This document shows, one piece after another, positions 46,989 through 61,594 of a stretch of DNA of 64,000 nucleotides (within the stretch, counting starts at the first letter, position 1; every line of letters begins with the position of its first letter). Position numbers and translations under genes: made by a program. The notes beneath the pieces are model-generated. The model made no database searches, was not told where the DNA came from, and worked only from the letters and a program-made list of their open reading frames with translations. The DNA is from the human T2T-CHM13v2.0 reference genome, Homo sapiens, in NCBI RefSeq assembly GCF_009914755.1, contig NC_060926.1; one strand, 5' to 3'.

Positions 46989-48103
46989 TAAACATGTTTT
47001 AGACATGTTTTAGAGGCAGCTCGGGAGATAAGGGCCCTGAAGTAAGCAGAAGAGTGGCAGGCCAGCCCTGATTGTGAGTGTGTACCAGTTCTCTAAATTA
47101 CTGGAAGCCTAAATTTCCCCATCTGTCCAAAAGGGAATAGTGTCACATTAGCATACAGGACTTCTCCCTAAAAATAAAATTCTATACTAGAACATTTAAC
47201 TTTACTCCATAAGTACTTACTACTTTCCGTGAACACATTGAGGTGACAGAGCCCCAGTGGAATGCAAAATATAGCCTCTGTTCTAAGGACTTCCCCTCTA
47301 CTAAGGGAGATAAGAGTTACACATATAGAACAGCAGCCCATGGAGATGGCTTCATCAACCATCCCCTTCCCTTTAGTCTGATTTTATTTTTTATAGTAAC
47401 TGCTGTGGTTAGGATGTGGGTGAGGGACTTAAAAATATTAGGGGAATGGAGAAAATGAAGGAAAGGAGAACAAAGAATAAAGGAAAAAAATGAAATTGGT
47501 TCCTACATGTAGTCCAAGAGTTTCCTGGTATTCTGAGGAAATGGAGGTTCTTCTCCCACCAGTACTATACCTTGAACTTACTGGGGTCCTCCAGGCTGAC
47601 CGAGACTCCCCGGCCACCAAACCCAGGACGGAAGCTGCAGAACTGAACCTGATAAGTCAGTCCAAAACAGCCCATGGAGGGCGGTTTATATGAATTTGTA
47701 AGTGAATCACCCGGCTCCTCTCCCCATCTCCTGTAGCATCCCAGCCTCGAGGCTGGATCGTGCATCAAGGTTTGGCCAGGGCAGGTGACCCAAAGGCTAT
47801 AAGAGTCTTGCTGCTCCTCTCCTAGCTTCTGGGACCACTTACTGACTGATACAATATTAGAGATCAAAATGCCTCCCCCAAGGAACACCCCACTCTAATA
47901 TGACTGTCATTGGATTCCAGCCTCCTTTGGGCATTACCTTTTGTTTCAGCCTTTCATAAGTGATGACAGAGATTTGGGTTCACATAACCCCTGTTTTGAG
48001 GAAACATTTATCAAGCACTTACTATGTGCTTGAAAGAACACACTGTTCTAAGTTCTTTACATGAATTATCTCGATGCCATAACTGCTATTATTATCTCCA
48101 TGT

Positions 48104-48597
48104 TACAGATGAGGAAGCTAAAAAATTCTAGTGCAGTTGCTATCTATAGCGAAATGCTCCAAAGAGATGTTTTGAAGACTGTTGAAGGAATTGAGGAGAT
48201 TGGAAGGCCAAGATCTGAACAAATGTTTGGCCACACAGTAAATACATGGCAAGCTGGCAGGATGTCCTTTTTGTCTAGCTAAAGAGAAAGTGACCCAAGG
48301 GAGGGGCTATCCAGAAAGAATATTGGATTGGGAGTTGTGGAACGTGGGACACAAGGTCTGAACTTATCACTGATCAATAGACCTTGACCAATTACCTCTC
48401 TGGGCCTAGGTTTCCTATCAGTGAAATAGGGGTTAGGGGGCTGGCTCTGGACACCCAAGCAGCTTGACACATATTTACCGTATGGCCAAACACTTGCTCA
48501 GGTCTTGCCCTTCCAATCTTTGCAACTCCTTCAGTGGTCTTAGGGACGCTGCTTTAGAGAGTAACCGTACCAGAAATGTTCAGTTTCGTCATCTGCA
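48104..48597. repeat. Diverged inverted repeat (arms 48104-48256 and 48460-48597)
   Basis: 48181-48256 vs reverse complement of 48460-48535: 61/76 identical, ungapped. 48104-48150 vs reverse complement of 48551-48597: 35/47. Confidence 0.85.
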
Positions 48598-49974
48598 GTA
48601 GGGGTCAGAGTAATGACCTAAGGTTCAATGAGGCCACTAGTTACTGGCCCTGGGTTCTGCAGAGCAGCTGGTGGTGGCATTCCTGGGAAATGAGCTGGCG
48701 GTTGCCACAGTTGGGCTCTTTCCCTGAACAGCTGGTGTGGAGAGCAAAGAGGGGGTGGGGGACAGGATAACCTCTGAGTCTCTGGCCAACTGCAATGTCT
48801 ATTAAGGGCGGCCCAGTTGGCTGCTAGCCAATAACCCATGCCTGTGTGCTTTGCAAGTTGTAGTCTCTCCTTTTGAAGGTCTCTCTCCAGAAGATGAGGA
48901 AGGAATTTGTCTCAGTCCACTTCCACACCTGTCCACCTGAGCTGGGCGTTAGCCTGAGCCTTTGCCTCTGTATGGATCCCGTGAGTATCCTCCTTCCCAA
49001 GGCCAATGTGTGGCCCCTCACATGGGTTCCAGGACCACAATGCTTTCTTGAGCAGGCTTTGGGTGGTGATGGTGGGTGGTGGTCTCAGGGAAGATCACAC
49101 TCCCTTTCTTCACACTCTGTTCCAAGCACAGATACGGGATCTCTTGTTTTTCCAAGATTGTAAGGTTAACACCTTCAAGGCTGAAGTTATTGGGGCTGGC
49201 AAAAGAGAGTTATAATTACAGAAAAAAAAAAAAAACCAGTTAAGTTGGAGGCTGCCTATGAACTCTCCTGGAGTCCACTGGCCCATGGCCTGGGGTGCCC
49301 TGCTTGCCTTTTCCCTCCAGGCCTGTCAGGCCTGCCATTTAATGGCAGAGCTCACTTAACTTCCACAGAGAGGAAGGCCTTCAGCCAGATCTCTCCTCTC
49401 TGGCGTCCAGGTCCCAACTTTCTATTTACCCAAGAGATAAGAGGAAGTCTCCCCTCTTCTCAGGTGACTGGGGTAGCTCTGTCTGCCACTAACCACATGA
49501 CAGTCATTTATATTAGCATACAGAGCCATTTATTTCCTCTTGTCTCAACCTGTCCATTCCAGAATCAGCTCTGAGCCTTTCCTCTGCATAACGAAAAAGC
49601 CCAGTGTTTTTCCCAAAACAAAAAGCAGTCTTTTCCCTTAGGTGGATTGTCCCGCTTCCTCTTGCTAAACAATAAACAGCTGAAGCTTTGGAATTGCTGT
49701 GTGCCTTGCTTCAAGCCTTCAAGCTTGCAAGGATATCAGGGTCTGACATGAGAGCACCCCACCATATAAGTAATAATCAGACATGTACAACCATATGTGA
49801 GCCAGTCACAGATGGAGGCAGAAGGTGCCAGTCAGCCTTCAGAAGCAGGTCCTTCCAAGAGTCAAGGTTTTAAACTAAGCATACAATTAGAACGGCCTTC
49901 CAGTCTTTAGTACATGACTTCATCAGTCAGCAAGACCAAATTACCCCTGTGTTTATTTAGAAAAAAAAAAAAAG

Positions 49975-50470
49975 GCAATGACCTATGAATAAACAGCACT
50001 TGACATTGAAAATTGCTACATTAAATACCCAGCTCCTCTGCGCGATTACAGCAGCCTCCGGAGCTCTCCCAAATTGTCACCTAGGATGAATATGACAGCA
50101 AACAATGCTTTAAAAGTAAGTAATCTGCTCTATAATTATTTTAGTGGCTGCAGCCGCCAACCGGCAGGATCACTTATGAAAAAGGATGCAGTCGTTCCTT
50201 ATTAAAAATGCATGAATATACAGTCTCTTGATTGTGGAAATAATCAGCAGACTATCTAATGTAACAAGACTTAGCCACAGAAGAATTAATTAGGGTGAAA
50301 TTGATTAAGGAGAAGAGGGTAAAAATCTATCTGTGATGATTCAGGCTCCAATTAAACTCAAGCATTAATTCTCATATTCTTTTCAAATTAAGAGCCTCAT
50401 CTAAATGCTCCTCATTAATATTCCAATATATCCCACCCTCCTTTAACCAGAGAGAAATGCAGACATTTCT
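49975..50470. promoter_or_regulatory. Candidate conserved non-coding enhancer
   Basis: Repeat-free, dense TAAT/ATTA cores, TGACAG, AACAAT, TAAACA, retained CpGs. Conservation cannot be verified here. Confidence 0.45.
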
Positions 50471-52762
50471 AATGAAAGCAAAAGATCTTGTTCTTGTTGA
50501 CTCTAAAGCTTCTTCTGTCTTAAGAATTTCAGGAGATTGGAGTTTTTTTAATTATTTTAAATAAAAGATGGGAGGGGGTGGGTCGTGAAACCACCAAATT
50601 CATTCTGGTCTTGAGCGCTGAAGATTTTGTTCCGAGATTTCTCAAAAGCTAAAGGAAGCATGCAACACAAATAATTATGTGACAGCCTCTTGAATTCTCT
50701 TTGTCTCGTGGTAACCTGCTCCAGTACAGATAAGAGAAGCTTGAAGGGGTCATATATTCCATCCCTTGCCTTGAGACAGAGCTGTACCAAACCAGAGACC
50801 CATATGTAATTATCTACCATCTCCTGAGAGGCCTCTGGGGACAAGGACTCCACTCCCTTGGTAACAGGATGGAGATCAGGCAGCTAATATATTCCCAGCT
50901 CAGAGCTCTTCCTCCCCCTCCTCCTTCTGCAGCCATTTGAAAGATGGGAGGAGAAGCTTCCCCACACCATTGATTTTTCTTTCACTTTTCTTCCATTAGG
51001 AGCCCACTGTGGTTTCTGGCTCTTTGTGTCCGGACTGTCCTTATAATTCACAGGTCACTGACCTTTCTTTGTTCCTCCAATGACTGCTATCTTTGTAGCT
51101 CTTCTTCCATCTGCTGCCTTGGGTTTTCTCCCGTGGATGTTAAGGTTGGGTACTTCCTTTGTCCGAGCGAGGACAGGCAGCTCATGGCCAAGAAGCATCT
51201 CCAGGGCTGGAGCCTCCTCTCCTCGGAATGCTCCCATCCAGCACTAGAGTGTCCAGAATCACCAGCCTTATCAGCGAAATGCGGGGAGATAGGAGTAAAG
51301 AAGCAATTCCAAGCCCTTTGTTTTGCCTTGTATTATCTTGTTTTCTCTTTACCACCCTGAGAGTGGTCATGGTTCCTATTTTACTGGGGAGTCTGAGCTG
51401 TTCACAGAGGCCTTCAAGCAGGACTATGAGAACAGGAAGCAGAATTTAGTCTGCCTTGGGGAGTCCAGCCAGGCCATCCCCAAAGATTTATCAGGCAGCC
51501 GCCAGAGGAGAGGGCACTCCAGGCAGAGGGAACTGCAGTAGGGGATCTGGGAACAGCATGAATGTGGCAGCTTCATCTTCTTGAGCCTACAAGGGATGTC
51601 CCATTTACATTTATGAGAAAATATCCATGGTGTCCCCTCTCCACACAGCCCTACTTGCTGGCCTCAACTGCTTCAAGCATAGGTGGGCAGATGTCTGCGG
51701 AGGGAGAATCTGGGGTAGATAGGCCACCATGGAGTTGTGGGACTAAAATCACTGAGAGCCTCAGGAAGGAGTCCAGGCATTCCCATCCTCCCTTAAGCTG
51801 CATCCTTCAGGGGTGCAGCCGTATGACTCTACGTCCTGCTCTACCGCCTGCACCTCTATCCCCATGTTCACCACACATGACTTTGAATGATAAGGGAGGA
51901 ATATGGAGAGGCGACAGAGGCCGGTCTCTTCTTTCAGGAAGCTCCTTCACTTCCATGTAAATTTATGGATGCAAATTGTTATGTGGGGGCAGAGACCCTG
52001 AAGCAGCCAAGCCCCAAATGCAAATAATTATGGTGGCGGGGGCGGGGTGGTCGCCCAAACTCCACCCATCCACTGAGCCTAGGATCCCAGCCTCAACCAA
52101 AATGTCCCATGCCCTTCACACATGGCCATGGCCAATCCTCTTCTTCTCTTTCCCTCCCGCCCTTTTTCACCCAATTTGTCTCCCATCTGTTCCTCAATTC
52201 AGTTATTAGCAAATTGGTTCTCAGGATCTACCTGGGACTTTAATTGTGTCTTTGGTACTAAGGAGGGTGCAAGAGAGAAACATGTGATTCCTGCCCTAGA
52301 GGATGTCACAGGTTGCAAGAGAATGCCATTAACTCAATCAAAGCAAGTGAAAAACCACAATGAATAGTATATCATAAAGTATTAAACTGCATGCCACCAA
52401 TTTAATGTTGAATGAAATCAGAGAAAGGAAGGAACCCCTGGGAGGGAGGCTGGGGTGATCAGAAAGTCTGCTGGGAGCAGATGGGACTTGAATTAGGTCT
52501 TGAAGCTGAGTTGGCATCACGTGGATTAAGGAGAGATAGGAAAGATGCCAGTGAAGGGCAGGCCTGAGCAGACACAAGCTAGAAGGCACATTAAGGAACC
52601 CTTCAGCCTGGCTGGAGGGGAAGGTACTTGTTGAGGAGTAAGGAAAGCCAAACTTTGCAAGACCTCGAACGCTAGGTTTAGGAATTAGGATTTTAGTCTA
52701 GACTGTTGCTTCCAAAACTTTAGTGTGCTGCAGAGGAATGCTGGTTAAAATGAAGGTTCCCA

Positions 52763-53611
<849 letters not shown>

Positions 53612-54003
53612 CTAGATGACTGATGATGGCCCACATACGTTTGCTAGGTCTTGCATCTTTGTCCCTCCTGTGCAGCTGGCGTGGCCTGTGGGTAGAGCCA
53701 GGACTTTGTTTGCACCATGGAAACTCCAGGGCCACAGAGGTTTCACCACTCTTGGCAAGGATGTTAAGCTTTGTCTCCTAGGAACCCAGAAACTGGGCAG
53801 GAATTATTTTGACTACGCTGTAGCCAAAGGGAAAGCAGCCCTGATGAAAAACTATTAGAGTCATTCCTTTAGAAGAGTCGAGAAAGTGCCTGAGACCCTG
53901 GGATCATGTGGGGCCTCTGTTGCATTTTCCTACTTATTAGAAGTGTGGCAAACAAGTAAGTTTGGTGAAGATTTTTTTATATGATAAAAGTGTTCAGCTG
54001 TAG

Positions 54004-54354
<351 letters not shown>

Positions 54355-54484
54355 TAGCCATTTTTAAATAATAGCCATTGCCCCTTAGCACTGATACAGA
54401 CGTTGCCTCCCAGATGTGCCGTTTAGTAATTGTGTTTTGTGGCAAGTTACTTGCTCTCTCTGTTAAACTCTGTTAAACTTCTCA

Positions 54485-55765
54485 ATTTTTATTGGAAATT
54501 TTTAAACCTAGAAAAAAGTTAAAAGGATAATACTGGAAAACCAGTAAATCCTTTATCTATATTCACCATGGGTTAACATTTCACCATTTGCTTGCTTTCT
54601 TTCTCTCTCTTTCCATATATATGTATATATGAATATAAAAATATAAAATATGTGAATATAAAAATATATTCACACATACATATATATGCATTTACTAAAG
54701 CATTTGAAACTCAAAGATATCATGACACTTAAGAACTAGGACAGGCCAGGTGTGGTGGCTCATGCCTGTAATCCCAGCACTTCAGGAGGCTGAGGTGGGA
54801 GGAACACTTGTGGCCAGAAGTTTGAGACCAGCTTGGGCACCATAGTGAGACCTCATCTCTACTAAAAAATTTTTTTTAATTAGCTGGGCTTGGTGGCACG
54901 TGCCTGTAGTCCCAGCTACTGGAGAAGCTGAGGGTGAGGATTGCTTGAGCCCAGGAGTTGGAGGTTGCAGTGAGCTATAATTACATCACTGCACTCCAGC
55001 CTGGACGACAGAGTGAGATCCTGTCTCAAAAAAAAGAACAAGGGCATTCCTCTTATAATTTCTCTTATAACCACAATTTCATCACATCCAATAAATTTCA
55101 CATTCATACAATAATATTAGCTAATGTAATAAATATATTTCGATATCCCCAATTCTCCCAAAATATCCTTTATGGCTTACTTATTTATTTTTAGAGACAG
55201 GGGCTCACTCTGTTGCCCAGTCTGAAGAGCAGTGGCACTATCACAGCTCACTGCGGCCTCCCACTCCTGGCCTCAAGCTATCCTCCTACCTCAGTCTCCC
55301 GAGTAGCTGGGATAAAGGCACACACTGTCATATCTGGCTAATTCAAAAATTTTTTTAGAGATGGAATCTCACTGTGTTGCCAGGTTGGTCTCGAACTCCT
55401 CTTGAACGCCTCAGCCTCCTGAGTCACTGGGATATGACTTTAAGAAAAAAACAATCTGGTATACAGCAAAGACTTTAAACCATGCTTCTTTAGTTTCCTC
55501 TAATCTAGAACAGTCCCCCCGCCTTTGTTGGTTGCTTGTTTTTCACGACATTAACATTTTTGAAGAGCCTAGGTATAAGTTGCCTTGTAAAATGTCTCAC
55601 AATCTGGATTTGTCTGATTTGATTCAGGTCAAATACATTTGAACACGAACATGCCATGAAGGTGAGGCTGTGCCTTCCCATGGTATCCCATCATACCAGG
55701 CGGTGCACCATGTCTGTGTGTCCTGTCAGTGGTGATGCTACATTGGATCACTAGGCTAAGGTGCA
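54485..55765 (-). mobile_element. Old L1M 3' fragment with Alus (54744-55035 +, 55183-55435 -)
   Basis: Same old L1M-like motifs as 6920-9350 ('ttttgaagag...aaaatgtctcacaatctggatttgtctgatt'). Confidence 0.55.
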
Positions 55766-56475
55766 CACTTGCATTTCGACACTTGGTTGCTTAAAAGCAC
55801 TATGCAACTCTTATTAATCAATATAGTCAAATTATAAAGTCCTTGAGGGCAAGAACTGAGGCTTCACCTTTGGAAAATAGCGCTTTACAGTTTACAAGAC
55901 TCTTTCATACAGATTACCTCATTTACTCATCAGACACCCCAGAGGGAAATATTTCATTCCCACTACACAGGAATGCGGGATCTCACTGTGCTTTGGAGCC
56001 TGACATTGAATCATAAATCTACCCATTAATAAATGTGTCTTATGACAAGTTACTTAACCTCTCTATTAAACTTCTGTTTGCTCAACTGCAAAATGGGGAT
56101 AATAATGTCTTCCTCCCAGAGTTGTTATGAAGACCAAATGAGGGTAATGAAAATAAAATGCCCGCCACAGTGCTTAGCACATAAAGAATACTTGAAAAAT
56201 GCAAGGGCTGTGTTTATAGAGCTAAATACGTTATACACACACATGCTTACATACGCAACATTCATGTATACACTGATGTACAGGAAGGTCAAGGTCTGGC
56301 CTGTGGCCAACTCAGCTGAGTAAATAGCAGAGCCCAGATTCAAAGCCCCATCTGCCTAACTCCAAATCCGGGTCCCATGCCTGTTCTCCACACAACACCA
56401 CCCTGCCGGTGATGGGCCAGCCAGTGTTGCCTTGTATGAACCATTTGGTCAAAATCTTTTGAATAATGTGTATAA

Positions 56476-56787
<312 letters not shown>

Positions 56788-58579
56788 CAGACTTGATCTT
56801 ATTTACATCCAATTTCATATCTTATTTACACCTAATTTCAAGAAGCATGAAGCAAGGCCCTACTTCTCTGATTATACAGAGTTGGCCAAAGGGCCCCATG
56901 CTGATGCCCTTTCTTCCCAGAAATCAGCCTGTGTGCTGCCCTCAGCTCATTGCTTTGTGCTACTTGGCAACTTCACAACATACCCAAACTCACCACATTA
57001 AGCAGCAGTCACCGTGCATCTGGGAGGCAACACATTGTGGCTGGACAATACTGCATAGTTGACCCCAAACATTCCCCTGTCCTGCCCTGCTCCTTCAGGG
57101 TCTTTGGTCTGGAGTAGGGGCAGGACTGGAGAATGGTCCTTGGTCAAGGTCCTTGTTTTAGGGGCTCAGGACAGGCAGAGGTCCCTGAAAGTCCCCTCAA
57201 GCATTTTCATTGGAAGTTCCTGTTCCTACTTTCTACTAAGCACCCCAGCCGCACCCCAATTTACATAGGGAAAATCCACAGCGGCACTAAGCCATCATTT
57301 TGAGTCAAAGGTCTTCATCCCCTTTGAATGACAATGGGTCCAGTTAAGAATTAATTCCACCCAGCCAGGATTGTGAAGTGTGAGTTTGCTGTTCAGGTGA
57401 GGTCAGAGGTCTAGGGAAGGAAAAATCACTTCTAGCAAAGGTTTCACGGAGGAGATGGGCCTTGGGGAAGGGGAGTTGGATAGTCAACTAGGAGGAGGAA
57501 GGCATTCCTGATTTGAGGGAGTGGGACACACATCGTATTAGTAAAGGCACAGCAGTAGGGTAGCAAAAGGCCTGGTCAGGGAACTGAGAGGTGGCATCTG
57601 CAGGGAGGAGGGGGAGGAGCCCCTCCCTTTCAGACACAGAACAGACTGGGGCTGTAGAGCGCCTAAATATTTCATCGATGGAAAACTGGATATGGCCGTG
57701 GTGCTTAGGATGTAGACTCTAATTTCATGGCTGGGTGTACCCAGATGGCTGATTAGGCTGCAGGAGAGAGGCTGCCTCCCCATTCCTGGTTTCCTAGCCA
57801 CAGGAGGATGCAGACACTGACCTTTTTTTCTCAATGAGGTCAGCAGGCATATGTGTTCTGGGTCTGAGAAGACCAACAAGGCTTCCACCCCCGCCAGACC
57901 CCATTGCTTCACAGGTCCCAGACCCACCTCGGTTCCAGTTTTTCAGCGGACACACATTTCACATCTACTATATGTCAGCCATCATGGTGAGCACAAAAGA
58001 GATACAGATGTCTCTGCCCAGGGAGACAGCTTAGGGAAACAGACCCCCTAACAGGTCTCTAACTGTGGAGACCGCAAATGAAGTGCTAGGTCTAAGCTTC
58101 ACAGAGGAGGTGCCCCCTGTGCTGATGCAGTCCCTGCAGAGAGGAAGGGAGGGCTGCTAACCAACACTCAGTGAGGACTGACTTCTGGCTAGGCACTGTG
58201 CTAGGAGCTTATTCTGTACTACAACGTTTAATCCTCACCGTCACTCCAAAAGGAGATACCATAACTGCTAATTACCCAAACTGATGGCATTCCAGCAGGA
58301 ACATGTGCAAAGAATACATGTGAAAGAACTTTGAACCATCAGGACCATTTAGCAGTTTGGAGAGGCTGGCACATTCAATGGAGGACCAAAGGGGCTGGCA
58401 GGAAATAAACCTAGGAAGGTGGATGGACTGGGGCTCTGCATGTCCAGATAACACATTTGGACTTTATCCACTTAGCTTTAGAAGGATAGTGAAAAGGGTG
58501 GGGCCAAGTGTCCTCTTTCCCTCTTCCACCCCATGGGCTCTCTGGCTCTGGCCTCCAGATCGTAATAATTCCCCATGAT

Positions 58580-59090
58580 ATCAACAAATATGGATTACAC
58601 ACCTTTACTGTGAGCCAGGTATCTTTCTGGGCACTGGGGAAACAGCAATGAACAGGACAAGGGTCTCATCTCACGGAGCAATGGAGGAGGGAACAGTGGA
58701 GAGACACAGTCGTCTAGTAAGCAAATACATAAATAAAAGATAATTTCCCGTAGTCATAGGTGCTCTGACAAAACAAAAATATAGAAATGGGACAGACAGC
58801 GATGGGGGAGGGGAAGCTGCTTGAGTAGGGACAAAAGGGAAAGCCCTCTTGGAAGAGATGACATTTGACCTGGGACCTGAAAGGTGATGGGCCAGACATG
58901 AGCAGATATGAGGAAGGGCATTTCAGAAGGAGGCGCAGGCACTTGCAAAGACCTGAGGCAGGAACCAGTTGAGTGGGCTGGAGAAACATGAGATTGAGTT
59001 TGTTCAGAGCAGAATGGGCTGGGCAGGGAGTGAAGGAGGACAGGAAGACTTACAGGCCAAGGTGAAGTTGGAATTTTATTGTTCAATACT
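58580..59090 (-). mobile_element. L2 LINE fragment
   Basis: 'ctgggcactggggaaacagcaatgaacaggaca...gatgacatttgacctgggacctgaaagg...tgcaaagacctgaggcagga'. Confidence 0.7.
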
Positions 59091-59098
59091 CAGCTCAA

Positions 59099-59158
59099 GG
59101 CCAGGCACAGTGGCTCACGCCTGTAATCCTAGCACTTTGGGAGGCTGAGGTGGGCACC
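59099..59158 (+). mobile_element. Alu 5' fragment
   Basis: First ~58 nt of the Alu consensus, then an abrupt end. Confidence 0.85.
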
Positions 59159-60357
59159 ACAGTTTTCTTTCCTGGGGTTTGGGAGAAATACTGGGGGAAC
59201 TTGGTGTCAGGGCATTTTCAGAGTTCTTGCTTTACAGAAGAGATGGTTCTCCTGCCTCCCATCTAGGCAGAAATGGTAATATTGGGGTGATCACCCTGTG
59301 AACAGCAGGATAGGGTACTTTCTGGGCCGGAGTGTTGGAACTCAGAGAGCTTTCTGCATCCTCCCATACCAACTTAAACCTTTTTCCTCAAAGAGAAAGC
59401 CCTGACCCCATCAGGCACGTATGTGCTTCTGAACAATATCTCCAGGGGTGAGAAGGATCGCCCCGCTGAGAGAGGACTCAGGACTGCTGGAGGAAGCCTA
59501 ATACAGTGAGCAGAGAAGGGCTTTGGAATTAGGCCTTGGCTGTGTTTTTGGGGGCTGTGATGGTCATTTACTTCTGTGAATTCTTGTTTCCTCTCCTCTC
59601 CATGGAGCTACAGTTGGTAAGGATATAGGGGTCTCAGGACAGGGAGTTGGGGGAGATAGTCAATTTCTCCCATTTCAAACCCTTTCCTGAAAGTAAGTTA
59701 AGTTCTTAGAGAACAATGTCCCATGCGATGACATTCCTGGGCCACAGAGGCTGCTCTTCCTCAACAGCCAGGCAAAGAGCCCTGGACATCAGACAAAGCC
59801 TGAGCTGATTCCAGAGGGAATAAGCAGTGAGAGGCACAGCATGGGGCAGCCAGAGGGAGTAGTCCCAGGTCCCAGAGCTGGCAAGGAGGAAATGCCAAGG
59901 CCACACAGGACAGATGGCAGATGTTTAGAGAACATTTTTAGGGACAGATTCCTTTCCCTTCACCCATGAGCCATTGCAGAATTTCATCCTCTTGGCAGCC
60001 AACAGGGTCCCTCTTTCTCTGAACCAACCCCTCTGTTGCAGGGCCATCTATCTCTAGGACAGTCCTCCATGGGCAGGGAGAAGACATAGCTAAACCCTGA
60101 CCTGATGAGTCCTCAGAAAAACTAAGTCAGCACAAGTCATCTGAGTCACAGAATCTTGAGCCCTTTTAACATCTCTGCTATTTTCCCCATCAGTGGCTAG
60201 ATTGCTGTTTGTCCTGAGAATGAAGTAGGAGTAGGTCGGGTGCTGGCAAGGTGGTTTCTCATGCCCCAGCCTCTGGACCATGGGAGCTGGAGAAACAAAA
60301 AGGGCTGAGGCAGAGACCTAGAAAGTCCAAGTACTCCCCTCCTCAAAAATGAGCTGG

Positions 60358-60491
60358 GGCCGGGAACAGTGGCCCACGCCTATAATCCCAGCATGTTGGG
60401 AGGCCGGCACAAGAGAATTGCTTGAGCCCAGGAGTTCGAGACCAGCATGGGCAACAAAATGAGACCTTGTCTGTATTAAAAAAAAAAAAAA
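60358..60491 (+). mobile_element. FLAM / Alu left monomer
   Basis: Monomer with poly(A). Flanking AAAAATGAGC duplication. Confidence 0.85.
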
Positions 60492-61568
60492 TGAGCCAAA
60501 CATCAGGACTGGAGCAAATGGGCTGGAGCCTACAGGGGATGGCAAGCAGGTCAGTCCTGGAAGGACACTTGGGAAACGTGGCAGGGAAATGCTAGGCTAG
60601 GATTGCAGCAAGAGCCCAGCTTCTTCATGACTGCACCAACCTGGAGGTAGGAGGGAGAGGGGGCTGATGAGGACAGGCCCTGGTTGGGCTGTAGTGCAGA
60701 GGCTGCGCTGGGACCTAAGCCAAAGGCAACACACGCTCCCGAAGTTCAGAGAAAGAGGCAATTTGTGTTGGGCTGGTTATCAGCGCCTTCCATCCCTCCA
60801 AAAAACCCGTGCTGGGCCTGGTCTTATTGCAGTAGTTCTCTCTTGCTTCCGCCAGGGAGTCATGGAAACAATTTGGGGTGATAGCGAATAACTTTGTGGC
60901 CACCTCATTCACTTAGAGAACCTCCTTCCACTTTTCCATCCTCCTTTGGGCATTTCTTATACCCTAGCCTAGAAGTGACAAGAAAGGAGAGTGTTTTTCT
61001 GATTTTACAGAGCAGAGCATCACTCCTAGCCAAAGCTCAAGATGAGACAGAACTTGAGGCCACGTGTTTTAAAGAGTGCAAATTCATCCTCACAAATTTT
61101 TCAGATTCCATCTAAAGCATCCTTAGGCTGAATAATGAAGAATTCAGTTCTCGTCCCCACCCCCTCTCTCTGCCTTTCTCCACACACACATACCCTCCCC
61201 CGCACCCATTTCAGAATCTTTTCTTTTTCTGCTGCAGTCTCCTCCTCCTCCTCCCTCACCTCCCTTCTCAGCAGGAGCACACCAGGACAAGAAAATGCTA
61301 CTACAGGAGCCTCCCAGCCACAAGAACTGGTTTCTCAGAATGAGTAGTTAATGTAGACCTGGCCACAAAGTCATTGCCACGCTGAGCACATTTCTGTCTC
61401 ACCATGTCTAATGTAACTCAAGAAATAATGCAATTGCCTCTAGTGGACTTCACCCAAACTGTGCCCTGGGTTGCCCTGGGGAGCTGGTTCTGCTGCTTCA
61501 GACTAACTCATTTCTTGTGGCAGGAGGCCGCTGATATGGTCAGTTCCCAGGGATCAGCTGCTTGAGGT

Positions 61569-61594
61569 GGGGGTTGGGGTCGGGGGAGGGGGGG
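61569..61594 (+). other. G-quadruplex-forming motif
   Basis: GGGGG-TT-GGGG-TC-GGGGG-A-GGGGGGG: four G-runs of at least 4 with 1-2 nt loops. Confidence 0.7.

Noticed and set aside
54610-54690. Inverted and direct repeats in an AT-rich tract
   Set aside because: Low-complexity (TA)-rich sequence is self-complementary by nature.
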